A stretch of DNA of 63,972 nucleotides, filler included, from Choristocarpus tenellus KU-1152 (lineage: Eukaryota; Protista; Phaeophyceae), in NCBI GenBank assembly GCA_964200185.2. It is 11 parts of 11 records of this genome, joined end to end, with 100 filler letters (N's around TTAATTAATTAA, not from the genome) between each part and the next. Parts side by side here need not be neighbours in the genome. Positions count along the whole stretch, not along the records: positions 6,936 to 14,685 come from CAXNAD020005646.1; positions 14,786 to 18,367 come from CAXNAD020019122.1; positions 18,468 to 22,842 come from CAXNAD020014845.1; positions 22,943 to 30,294 come from CAXNAD020006289.1; 7 more parts are not named here. One strand, given 5' to 3'. Below are positions 13,906 to 26,200 of the stretch, one piece after another. The notes beneath the pieces are model-generated. The model saw only the letters and a program-made list of their open reading frames with translations, ran no database searches and was not told the origin of the DNA. The position numbers were made by a program, and so were the translations under genes. Each line of letters begins with the position of its first letter. Position 1 is the stretch's first letter.

Positions 13906-14165
13906 GAGTGAAAGTATCTTGGAGGGTACAAGTTTTTCCCTGTTTGTCCGTTTGGGAGCTTGACTTCCCACGAGTTTTTTATGGCATTCTACCTACACCG
14001 AAATGTTTCTGAAAAGGTAAAATGTGTACATTATGAAAAGGTGTGTCTGGACAAGGTTATTTGACACTTCCTAACAACCACGATAGCCAACATTATATCA
14101 AAATCGCAACATTGGATTTTGGACCCCAAACGGACAAGGCTATACCCTCGAAGATACTTTGACTC
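13906..14165. mobile_element. MITE family A, complete copy (about 260 bp), TSD TTA
   Basis: Termini GAGTGAAAGTATCTTGGAGGGTA...TACCCTCGAAGATACTTTGACTC, with TTA on both flanks. Confidence 0.9.
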
Positions 14166-14490
14166 TTAAGTGTGTCTGCAGTTAGTTGCATTCTTGCATT
14201 TTGCTAGAGATACTACTTCTCGTTGTTTTGAGGCCACAGGAGTTCCTATCGAGATGATTTTAGTCTCATTTTCAATCAGCTTTCTTTGACATGTTGAAGC
14301 GTTTTACCTTCTACATACACACTACGATAAAATAGTGGGTAGTACTCCAGAGTATTACAACAGTAACGCATGTATGAACTTTTTATGTCATGTATGTATG
14401 ACATTATTAACCACATCCTCCCACTTCATCTCAAGGACATACCATTCTGCAAAAAATATGTGAGACAGGATTTCATAGACCAACAACTAA

Positions 14491-14685
14491 CAGCCTCTCG
14501 ACAAAATTGAAGATGGAGCATACCATGGAGGATGAGTTTGACCCAAAATGATGCGCGGAAAGTGCCCATATGTTTTTTTTTGTAAATGTTGCGGCACTTT
14601 TTAAGGGCCCCTTTTTGAATGGGATATATTTTTGTTCAAAAATATTTCGGTGCTTGTGGAGGGCACCGCTACGATTTGGAAGCGA
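14491..14685. repeat. Repeat family C (starts CAGCCTCTC...GATGGAGCATAC), truncated by gap
   Basis: Homologous to 61289-61372. Confidence 0.75.
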
Positions 14686-14785
14686 NNNNNNNNNNNNNNN
14701 NNNNNNNNNNNNNNNNNNNNNNNNNNNNNTTAATTAATTAANNNNNNNNNNNNNNNNNNNNNNNNNNNNNNNNNNNNNNNNNNNN

Positions 14786-15128
14786 GGTAGAGCCGCGTCC
14801 ATTTCGGGGTCAAATTCGAATGTTCCGATTTTGATGTAATTTTGACTATCATGTTTTTGAGGAAGTGTCAATATCCTTGTTCCGGACACACCTTTTCATC
14901 ACGTACAAATTTTACCTACTCCGAAACATATCGGAGTAGGAAAAAGTAATAAAACACCTGTGGAAAGCCAAGTCCCATACGGACAAACAGGGCAAGAATC
15001 GTACCCTCTAAGATACTTTCACTCATTTTGCAGATGTGCCCGGGGAAAAACTAATGAAAGTACTGAGTGAAAGGATCTTAGAGGGTGCCAGGTTTGCCCT
15101 GTTTGTCCATTTGGTGCTTGGCTTACCA
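14786..15128. mobile_element. MITE family A: near-complete copy (14786-15024) plus a second end fragment (15065-15128)
   Basis: Family A interior with hairpin CCTACTCCGA-AACATA-TCGGAGTAGG (14915-14940) and terminus TACCCTCTAAGATACTTTCACTC. Confidence 0.85.
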
Positions 15129-15625
15129 GGTGTGTGCTGGATAACAGCTGAGGTTTGGCTGCCCCAAGGCTTATGCCCAGGTGGGTGGGTGGGTGGATGG
15201 GTTGGTGGATGGGAGGAGTTTTGTTGTACAATACACTTTTTAAGATGATACATATATATATTGGTATTACGAAAGGTTCTTTTATTCACTACACCAGAGC
15301 GAGCATTTGTTGTCAGGTGTGCTATTCTAGTCAGGTCAGTATGGTTTCATGCCTTCGTAAGGAAACCTTTTTTTAACACCCCCCCCCCCATACTATTTTT
15401 GTTTAGTAGGTACTGTGCTGTTGATATTTTGTAACGTGGTCTTTTTCCTTTTTTATATGCTATTTCCCCTCTCCTATAAAAAACCCTTGGAGCTATATGC
15501 TGTATGCATCTGGGCTCAATACCAACACAGACATGCCCAATATCGGTCAGCAGCATATAACACCGTCCCGCCGCCCCTCCCACACAGACACGCACACAAT
15601 TACCTTCAACCTTTCTATGTTTCAG

Positions 15626-17331
15626 GCACTACTCACACCAGGAGTTGAATCAGGCAGCGTACCCATTCCCAGGGCACCTAGGCCCACATTCATCCCATCT
15701 ACATCCATGGCTCTTGCAGGCATGACTCCTTCCAACACCACAAGTGCTGCAACCCTTGGAGTGTCAATGATGGTGAACATGAGTGATCCGGCCATGGCTG
15801 CACGGGCTGCTGTATTGACTCGGGCTAGTAATCCTGCTCCTGCAGCAGTTGCTGTTGCTGCTGTTGTGAATGCTAATATTGCAAAGAGCTCTGCCAGCGA
15901 AGTTCTTATGGTGACGACATGCTCCTATGTATGTGTGTGTGTGTGTGTGCAACGTACACACACATAGATACGTGCATTCCCTACTCCTGATCTGTTTTAT
16001 TCAAACCCCTAACCCCGACCCTGAAGTACTTATAAGTGGAGACGTTGTTACACCTAATGCTGGCTAGGCTCAAAGTATCTGGGGGGGGGCTCGTGACTGT
16101 TCATTTGGGGTCAATTTTTTCATGTCGTGATTTTTGGGTGATTTGGTTGCATCCCCCGGATGGATAATGTAAATGCACTTTTCCTGATTTTGGTCCAAAT
16201 GAACACCCTGGTGTAGACACCTCACTGCCCCCCCCCTCCCCTGTTTTTATTTTTGAATACGTGAAGCTTATTATCAGCAAATCTGATNNNNNNNNNNTTT
16301 TTTTTGTTCCAAAAAACCCCCCTGGGGTGCCCCCCCCCCCCCCCCCCCCCCCATATACTTGGGTCCTACAGGGGTGTACCTTGAAATGTACTACGTATAA
16401 TCAATACTACACCATTTTTTGTCATTCTATGGAGAGGACCGCTAGAAGTGTCCCAAATCATGTAAATATGTGTGTGTTCTCACCCTGTACACCGAAACAA
16501 CCCTTGGACTCAAATATGTTGTGCTAGGAAGTACCCAACTATGTTACAGAGGATCTGACTTCTTCTAATTGAATCTTTCTCTCGTCATGTGCCTTTCTGT
16601 CCCCAGTATGTAATAATGTAATGGGACAAGTTGTGGAGTAATATTCCTCTGTCTTGTCTTTGGTTGATGGGGACTTGTGACCTGAGTTGGTTGTTGAGTT
16701 GTTGACACGCACTAAAATATTGTCCTTCTTGAGAGTGGTTTTCTTTCTACCCTGGGAATACCATTTTGGCATTGTGACACCTGGCTAACTTACCCTACTA
16801 TTCTGAGACAAACTAGTATTGCTTTTTACTTTATTTATTTCTGTTTTTTAAATATGCTTCAGAGTTGGTACTTTCCTACTATATACGGAAAGGTGTTCAG
16901 TTATAGGTACTGTAACATTTTTTTTGTACAATAGATAGAACACAACACCAATTTGAAGTGAATAAGTTTTTCGGGTTATATTTGAAACAAGACTAATAGT
17001 GGTAGTGGTAGTATTGTTAATAGATTTCTTTCAAGAATTATCTTTACTTAATATATGTAGAACAATACTAGTACAATTCAAATAGTTTTTTTCATATCAT
17101 TGTCACACTTCCCAACCCCTCGTCTTTTTTTTTTTTTTTTTTTGGGGGGCGGGAAATGCCGTTCAGCAGACAGGGATGGACTTGGGCATGATGGCTGGGG
17201 CAGGGGGGGTGGATGTGTCTGCTGGGATGGCCCCTGGTTTGCCACCTGCACACGTGCTGCCAAAGAAGGAGGAGAGCGATGTGATCATGGTCATGAACCA
17301 ACAAGACACACCTGCTGAAAATCATGTCTGA
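15626..17331 (+). CDS. 3' end of an unknown gene with low-complexity Ala/Pro/Met-rich tail. Exons 15626-15910 and 17170-17331
   Basis: Pyrimidine tract TTTCAG acceptor, ATG|GTGACG donor, CAGCAG acceptor, then in-phase TGMDLGMMAG...PAENHV* to TGA at 17329-17331. Confidence 0.6.
16067..16365. mobile_element. MITE family B (poly-G TIR) spanning a 10-N gap, TSD CTA
   Basis: GGCTCAAAGTATCTGGGGGG...CCCCATATACTTGGGTC with CTA on both flanks. Confidence 0.8.
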
Positions 17332-18213
17332 GAGCTGCAGAGTCGATTTCGGGAGCTAAAACGCTTCAACCTGCTCAAGTTAAAGTGGTCAATATTGTCT
17401 TGGAGGGAGGTTGTTATTGGAGGGGAAGGCGTGAGTTGTTTGATGTACTATTTTGTGCACAATGTGTGCGCAGGTGTTAGTTTGTGTGCTACTGTGTTAT
17501 ACAAACAAAAATTGGCTGGGAATTACAGACATGGTTTGAAAGGCAGGGGAGATTTTTGGATTTGTTGACGTTGCACATTCCTGTACATAGGTTAGGCTTA
17601 TAGATGGAGATGCCCACAGGTAAACAAAATGAATGTATCATTCGCTGCAATCCTGTGCAGCTATGGGAGATAATGATGTGTATGTAGCTGTACCTGACAC
17701 AATATTTAGCTGAGCCTCACTTGTGGTAAGTAGAGTTGTGGACAGACTTTGGATTGTATTCAGTCACACACGATGAATCGGGATTGGCTGACAACCGAAC
17801 GCTTTTTTCAATAGTTGATCTGTTAGTCCTCACGTTATACCCAAGCATACACGCTTCTAAATGTTTGATTGCTTTTTTCTGTTTATATCGCACACAATGG
17901 AATGGACATATGTGTGTGTGTGTGTAATGTTAGCCTTGAAAAAAATCAACCTCTATCGGGGTTACTCCTCTCTCATGGGGCCTATTTCCTCACTGATACA
18001 CTGCACACTGGCCACGACCCTTGCTAAATTAACCAGCTATATCTGAGGGTTGAACTGACCATAATTGCAAGTCACAAGTGGTCTTGGTTTGCAACAATAT
18101 TGTTGAGTTTGATGGGATGATGGAATGTTTGGTTAATTTTTGTATCATACTGGTATGTCTCTGTCTTTTGTTTTATTTTTTGCAGCCTCATTGTTGTTGA
18201 GTTTGGTGTATAA

Positions 18214-18367
18214 GGCTCAAAGTATCTGGGGAGGGGTGGCGGCTGTGTCCATTGGGGACCCATTTTTCCATGTCACGATTTTTGGGTGATTTGGGTGCAT
18301 GCGTCAGATGGATAATGTGAGTTCACTTCTCCAGGTCAGGCCCCAAATGGACACCCTGGAGTAGACC
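18214..18367. mobile_element. MITE family B, truncated at gap
   Basis: GGCTCAAAGTATCTGGGG terminus and interior GGATAATGT...CCAAATGGACACCCTGG. Confidence 0.85.
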
Positions 18368-19531
18368 NNNNNNNNNNNNNNNNNNNNNNNNNNNNNNNNN
18401 NNNNNNNNNNNTTAATTAATTAANNNNNNNNNNNNNNNNNNNNNNNNNNNNNNNNNNNNNNNNNNNNGTTACGTAGGTATTCCGAATCTTACTCTGCATC
18501 TTCTCAAAATAATCACTTATTCTGTAAGGTTAACCTATGTGTTACTAATATCGTATATAGTTCGCACTTCTCAGAACTCGAGAAACAATCTTCGAACTAT
18601 ATGTCTGTTATAAATGTTCGTATTTCCTAACACACGAGGAGAAAATGTTCGCGCTATTCGTGTATAACAAATGCTCAAACTTTGTTGAAATACAAGAAGA
18701 AACGCTCACGCTATTCGCCTGTAACATGTGTGTCCCCCACACACACACCTGCAAAATGCCAGAGGGTATAATAATATAAATTGTTACCCTGGTCTCTCTG
18801 TAAAATATATCTAACTGTACTTTCAAGTTGTGTAGTTATGGTGAGATGGTGTGATGGTGGACATAACTCAAAGACATACCAAAACACAAAATGTGAACGC
18901 ATTATACTCAGGAGAAAATGTTAGAGTAAATGTACAGACAATACTACTGTACTCTATGTCCTTATTGTTATTTATATATATTTATGTCCATGCCGTACGG
19001 ATTTGAACAGTACGGTACGACATTTATACGGTAAATCCTGTTTACGTATGAGGGCCCTTTTGACCCTCGTAGCTTTAACCTCAACATCTGCTTGGTGGGA
19101 ACTTTTGGGCGCCTCGGTAAGCAAGTAGAAATTTTTCTGGATGAGTTGGCTACACATACATCAGGGGGGAGATAGGCGGGAGGTTATGTTAGAAAGGGGG
19201 CTGTCAAATCCTGCGTATGATAGACAGTGTATCTCACTGCTCAAATTGCTCTCTGGACACATGCCATGCGTTTCAAGCTGGAGACACCAGGCATATGAGC
19301 AACGAGGGGCTCTCAGATTCCGGGGATACTTCCCTAGCTCCTCCCCCTCTTGTGTAGGGCAAAGCTAGGTTGGAGCTGTAGCAGCATTGTACATATGACA
19401 TTGCAATTACCAATCTTTAAGAGAGTGTTGTAGTATAGCTGGTAGTCAGATAGTAAATACATTTTGAAGAAATGTCTTTCACATTTACGAAAAACTGTCA
19501 CTTTTTCAGGTGTCCTTGTTTGGCTTTTTCC

Positions 19532-19635
19532 CTGACACATCTGCAAAATGCCAGAGGGCATAATAATATGATACATGGTACGAGTAACATCGAATGTGAT
19601 ATATTATGCCCTCTTACATTTTGGTGATGTGTCAG
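19532..19635. repeat. Small foldback element (about 104 bp); a lone arm lies at 18744-18780
   Basis: CTGACACATCTGCAAAATGCCAGAGGGCATAATA...TATTATGCCCTCTTACATTTTGGTGATGTGTCAG, an imperfect inverted repeat of about 35 bp. Confidence 0.75.
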
Positions 19636-21576
19636 AGGGAAGGAGAAATACACCAAAACTGTAGTACAAGAACTGAGGAAAACCAATTGTGAGGTAGGCA
19701 GGGTTGCATTTTAAGGATTCCAAGAAAGGCAAAACAGACGTCATTTTGTACAACTGCAGAAAGAGTCTTTGCTTAGTTGTGATGTCACTTTGTGTGTGGA
19801 AAGGGGGGAACATCAATTTACGTACGATATTGTTGCACATAAAGCAGTGAAATAGAGTGTATTGCATACGGCAAGAAAGGTAGGTGGCTTTGTATGCCGA
19901 AGGGTCAAACGTACCTATCTCTAAATTGGTATGACTCAACTGTGTATACAATAACTGTTGCTAAGATACCTCCTATAAAATGCGTACGTAGATATTTGAA
20001 ATCATCTATGCAACAACATATGATTTGTCATGTTTCAGAAATTTTCCAAAGTAGTACGGTGCAGTACCAATTGATTACCCCTGAATTTTCCAGGTTCGTC
20101 GTACACGGTTTCCCTTTCACTGATCGGTCGGTTTCCAACTGTGAAACTTTGTCCAACAACACACATCAATATATTTAACAGTGATATATGTTGGCATCGT
20201 TACAAAGACCTGTTGTTGTCTTTACCATGGTAGGAAACAGTTACGAAGGGAATTTCGACGGTACGGTTTAGTTTTCCAAAAACATAAACATAACTAGGTG
20301 ATAATAACAGTAGGAGTTGGTAATGGTTGCAGGTTTTACCTTGCGATATGGTCTGGTCAACAGATTTGGAGTACTGTTTTTTACAGTACGGTTACAGTTT
20401 TGTTTTTTTGACTTGGCAGTATGGTTGTATTTCGGATTTTGATGGTACGTTCACAGTCGTACCTATTTTCCCTGCAGTCAACAACGATGACGGCATGACC
20501 ATCGAACGACTGTCCACGGCACTGACAGAAGAAGCTCTAGACCATCAAAAGTGAGGGGATTGGTAACCAAATATAGTTTTAACTGTTTGTCACAGGTCGT
20601 GTTTGGAGCTGATCTCAATCAGAATTGTTTCCATGTGTAGTACCCTCAAGTGTACTGAGCGCACAGTTCTTTGTTATTCATGACACACAGAGCGCCACCA
20701 ATCCTTGGAGATATCTTAAGACCCTTGGACTTGTCGCGAGAACCAAAACAATGTGATATCCCGTGAACAGCTCCGAGAGTTCCAGATCTCTGTCGACCAA
20801 AAGTGCTTCCTGGATTCTTGGGCGTGATAAAATGTTTCCTTCACAACCTCAATGCTTTGGCCTATTCCTATGGGTGTGGTACTTGTGGGCTTGCTGAAGC
20901 AAGGTCTCTTTATTTGTCACGCTGGTGATTTTTATCACCCCTCAGGACTGATTGCCCAATACCTCCTCACACATTACTATTTATGGAGTACTATTTGACT
21001 CTTCCACTTCTAAAGAATGTATGGATGAATCATATACTACATATTTACCAGTATTACGTTTTAAATAGATGGTATTTTCATGAAGTGGTAACATTAGCTT
21101 CGCCTTCTGTGGCAATCTTGGTTTTATTCACAAGAACGTTAGTATAGATGTACAACAATATATGTATCAAATGAAAGCATATGACAAGAGCTTTCGAAGG
21201 TTTGTATCCACGAATATACAGGCTTCCAGAAACGGAAGTTATGTCCCGATCAAATAATGGGGAAAAAAACGGGGGGGAACATCTCCGGCGCAATTTCCAA
21301 GGTCACGACTTCAAAACGGACAAAAATGAAGTTGTTGGCTGAACTCCTTCCAAATACCTGATACTGGGTAGGTCGCTGCCCAAGTTAGGTGCGTGTGTCG
21401 ATACTGAGAAAAAACCTCAAGATTTGTGGACATATTTTTAGCGCCATTTGCAGACTTTCTGTGAGCACACACACGCGTGACGCACACAGCAACAAGAACC
21501 ACCATGGCAAGACAAGGAGAGCCGCCAAGGCGGTACTAATGACTAGGATTCAATGCATTAGTGGATTCTTCAGAAA

Positions 21577-22758
21577 TTGTTGGTTTCCTTTAGCATAGAC
21601 AAGCCTTCTGCAAAGAGGGCACATTTCTCTAAGACAGGAAAGATTCGGGATATGAAGAGTCCTCCTGCAAAGAGGCCAAGGTTTTCCAGGAGTGTCCCGG
21701 AGAAGAACGAGGAACACAACCCCTCCACCAACCAGAAAGAGAACTTGGCGCCAGCTATACGGGACAGGCCGTACGAACCGAGGAGGCTTGTGGAAACAGG
21801 GGGGGGGGTTGCCTTGCCCTGGGGGCCAGAGGTTCTGAGGAACGGATGGACAATGCCAAGGGTAAAATGTGGACAGGAAGAACCCCCTACACCCTTGCTT
21901 CAAAATATTTTTGCTTATGCACAGAGAAACAGGGAGACTGAGAAAAGGGTGTCTGACAGCACGGACCTAGGGATGGAATCCATCACCAAAAGGGGGAGTT
22001 CTATAGAGAAAGATGGTAATGGGGTGATGATCCTAGAACTGGTCATGACCCCTGCACTGGAATGCAATCGATCCACTCCCATAGTAAGTCCAAGATCAGA
22101 ATAACAGCAACTTCCTCGAGGCTTGCGCGTCGGAACTCCTAGACTCCGTGATCAGATTGGCAGCAACCTACAACCCCGACAAAAATGTTCTGCTGACCTG
22201 TATCTTCCAGCAGGTTATACATGACTATGGGTTCAAATCGATGCAGGCTGGCAATCCGCTAAGCACGTTGTGCTGGATGATTACTGCTTTGTCTACGAAG
22301 GTCTCCTGGAAGAGTTTTGTGATAGCAGAGGAAATGTGATGTGGATGCTGCGTGTGGAGGATATCAAAGCACTCACTGCAAAGAAGGCTTTGTTCCTGAG
22401 TTCGATAAAGGTAGAGACGTGGAGTTAAAGTATTCTTTGCCCTTAAATCTGTAGATGTACTGGCAGAAGCTTATCCAAAGCTTGTAGGTGCGTGGAAGAA
22501 GGACAAGAGGTGCGATTTCAATCATGCCCATGAGATGAAGTAAGAGTTTTTTTGTTGTATACTGGATTTATGGATTCCTGTACTTTGGACACATTCTCTG
22601 ACGACCAAGTTGAACAGTTTAGATATGATGAGTTTGCCGCGCGACATAGTGCTATCAGGCATGTATGTGCGGAGCAAAGAAGCGTCGGTATAGTCATATA
22701 CCCCACTACTGGTCCTGGGGATGTTGGATCTCTGTTCAAAACTGTTTGTAACATGTAA
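21577..22758 (+). pseudogene. Fragmented coding-like region of unknown function
   Basis: Successive plus-strand ORFs 21577-22104, 22148-22339 and 22552-22758 with protein-like composition. No motif recognised. Confidence 0.3.
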
Positions 22759-22942
22759 AATTGGGGATCTGAACCTTAGATTCAACACCTTTATTTTCCT
22801 TCGATTTGTGTTTCTGAATTTGGTAACCGTCACACACTCATANNNNNNNNNNNNNNNNNNNNNNNNNNNNNNNNNNNNNNNNNNNNTTAATTAATTAANN
22901 NNNNNNNNNNNNNNNNNNNNNNNNNNNNNNNNNNNNNNNNNN

Positions 22943-23010
22943 CCCATGGGAAGCCAGGCTCTAAACGGACAAACAGGGCAAAACTCGTACCCTCTAAGAT
23001 ACTTTCGCTC
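22943..23010. mobile_element. MITE family A end fragment
   Basis: CGGACAAACAGGGCAAAACTCGTACCCTCTAAGATACTTTCGCTC. Confidence 0.85.
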
Positions 23011-23259
23011 ACCAAGAGGATGGGAGCAAGAACACAACCAGGCCCTGTCCAAGCTCGAACCAGTTTGTAACTCGTGATCATCATGTCATCATACAATATT
23101 TGTATGTAAAACTAACCAATTTATTTTTTATATTGATAAAAAATGTAAGAAGTGAAACTGTACTACTATACTACTACCGCTCGTTGTGTTTGTTGCTATC
23201 TTAGTTTGCATACTACTCTCCAAAACAGCATCTGAGGGACAGGTTGGGGACTGTCCATC

Positions 23260-26200
23260 ATGACCGCCCCCGGTACCGCCGATAGCAGACGCTATGAACC
23301 TCTAGAAGGCATAAATCTGGATGATGCGGGGCTGGAAGAGACAGCAAAAATTCTTCAGGATCTGCAGGATCGAAATGTCGGTCTCTTGGCAGAAATCTGC
23401 GAACTTACTACGAGATTGGGAGAAGAGAAGGCGAGAAACATACCCCAGGCATGCGTGTAACACTTGTGTATGCATGGTGGCAATATTTGTTGCACATGTA
23501 GACTTTTTGACAAACAGATGACTTCAGAATACTGTTGCCAACGATAAAACTTCCACCTGGCTATCCATCCACTCCAGGTAAACGAAAATGACAAATATTA
23601 CTACCTGCACAAGAGACTGGACGATAATTACGACTTGATCAGTGACCTAGAGAGGCAACTCATGGTAGAAACCGCGGACCGGGAAAAAGCGGAGACGGGG
23701 TATGCCCTCAAGATCGGAGAGCTGGAACATCAGCGCGATGAAGAGCTGGAGCCCCTAAAGGAGAGAGTCGTCAGTATGGAAGAGCAGGTTAACACAATGG
23801 GTGTGTGTTTCGCAGCATAGTTGAGGGGTAGCGATGCTTCGTTCAACTCCTTCCTGTTGAAACCAGAAGCACGCTGCTGTGACCACCATATGTGTAGTCC
23901 TTCTGAGAGATGAAGTATTTGCCGTCCGCAGATCAATGGCATGCACGAAGCAGCAGATAACAAGCGAGAATGTGACGCCAACAAAGCAAGACTTGAGCTT
24001 GAATTGAACTCTACGATAGAGGCCTTGAAGCAGGAAGTGACGGTGGAGCAGCGAAAAACGCTTCAGGAGAAGCAGCGTATCCGAAGGGAGATTGAGGTAC
24101 AGCTCCGCGAGGCAACCAACGAGCTTCTCTCGAAAAAGGTAAAGCTATTGCTACGGTAGTATGAACAAAGCAAGGTGAGCTGTTGTGCATCAGTTAACGA
24201 CTAATCGAAATAAAGAGTGGGTGATATAGTTGAACCTAAGAACATTGTGACTAAATTTGTGGTCTCGATAAATTACAATGAGGGATGCAAGGCTTTATAC
24301 AACCAGCAGGTGTTGCTCAATTGCCTTAATGCACTTTGTGGCAACATTCATGGGAGCTGTTAAGAAATCTACACAGAGACTATAGGTGTTAGCATTTCGC
24401 TCACCTTATTTGCAGCAATGTGCTCAGGAGTACAAGGCAATAAAAAAAAAACTACTTCTGAATAAAAGATGAAGTTGGCACATCGTCGGGCTGGAGTGTT
24501 GCCTATGTGAACATGTGGGAAGAAAATATAGACAATTTGTTGGCCCCATTGAAAACAAATTAACAATTAAAGCTGACATCTTATTAGGCAGTTGATGGGC
24601 GAATGTGATAGTGTAAATCATATCGTCGGTATACAGATAAATATGCCACTGTTGGAACATGCTTACTCCATCATAGTACTGTATCATCAGTTTCTTTCAC
24701 AACTCATACCACACCGATGACTCCACCATTTCTATATTTTCTTCCCCTACTAAGCGGTGATTTTCTAGATTTCACAAATGCATATTCTCTAGTGCTTTCA
24801 TTTGGGAAAACATGATGGTTGCTCAACCTGCAGTGTTCGTAAATTCAAGCAGGTGGGAAGAACTGTAAAGAAACAAAAAAAACTCGAAAATTATGCAACC
24901 ACTCCCCTCACGTTAGAAGAGACACGACCACGTGTGAGAGTATGTTGATCAGATTTGAGGTATATCTGGGGGCTCCACTCAAAGTAAAGCAGAATTTTTT
25001 GTCTACTGTAAGGTGAGAAGATAGGAATTCTATATAGAATCTGTTTTTACTATCTAATGGGGTATCTATCTACGTAGCTATCTATGCAGCTATCTACAGT
25101 ATCTCCAAACCAGTGTCAAGCCCAAATATCCCAATTCTCATTTTCTGTCACGGGTTCCTGGCGCCAATGTTTTTTGGGGGCAAGCAAAGCAGCAAAAATG
25201 TATGTATTATATCAAGAATTGAAACTCTGCCGATGGAGGTACCCCATTGCATAACGTCAATGGACAGTGTTTCAATGTCTAACTTCTGAGGGGACAGCCA
25301 TGCAGAAAGCTTGAGACCGTCACTCTTCTCTTGGTGTAGGTCACCCAGCCCATCAACCATTGTTTGTTGCACTCTTTGGAACAACTAGATCAATCGAAAC
25401 ACTTCATGCTGTGATCTGCACTCACATGCTGCAAGAGGTCAAGGTCTTGGTTCCTAGACCTTGACTCTCTACCTAGCTTGATGAGCCGTCCGAAAATACC
25501 TATTTATTGTATGCGCACAGGGGGGAGGGGAGTTTCACCAGCAGGAAGCATGTGCACTTGCTAATCCTCCCAAAAATGACGAATACCACTACCCAAGAAA
25601 TTTCAAAGTTCAAGTCATCGATCAACTTATCCTAAGATTGCTGTCAGACCTCCAGCTTTGATACGCCTTCCAATGCCCCTGCCTGCCTCCACTTGTTCAA
25701 AACGGAAGGAATTAGAACTTGTGGAAAAGACAGCAAGAGCACGCTTCACTTACGAGAAACTCGGAGCAGCTCTCTATGCCAAGTCAAAGCAAGCTGAGCG
25801 CGTGGTGGCAAACAACCAGGGCTTAGCAACAGATAATGTCAATCTCCGGAACGAGGTTGAACTTGCACTATCTTCACAGGTACGAGCAGGAAAGAGTCTC
25901 TCTCTGTGCTTATTTGATATGCCTGTTTGAAAGTCATATTTTTTTGTTGCAGGGTAACCTGTCCGAGTCTTGAGGAGTCCCATGCACTCCCCGCATCAAA
26001 TAGAACACTTCGATCTATGGAGCAAGAAAGAAAAGAACCATACTCTCAAAGATGTGCTACTTCATATGCATTTTTTTTATTTATCAGACACTGTCCGTAT
26101 TTCCTTGTGATACCCTAATTTTACAGAGTGAACTCGTGTCTGCCCGTAAATCCTGCCTGCTGTGCTGTCCTCAGTGGTTATTACACATACACTACAGCCC

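Noticed and set aside
15637-15924. Minus-strand hydrophobic exon (EHVVTIRTSLAELF...)
   Set aside because: The plus strand has the better acceptor tract and an in-phase terminal exon; the minus reading is its antisense shadow.
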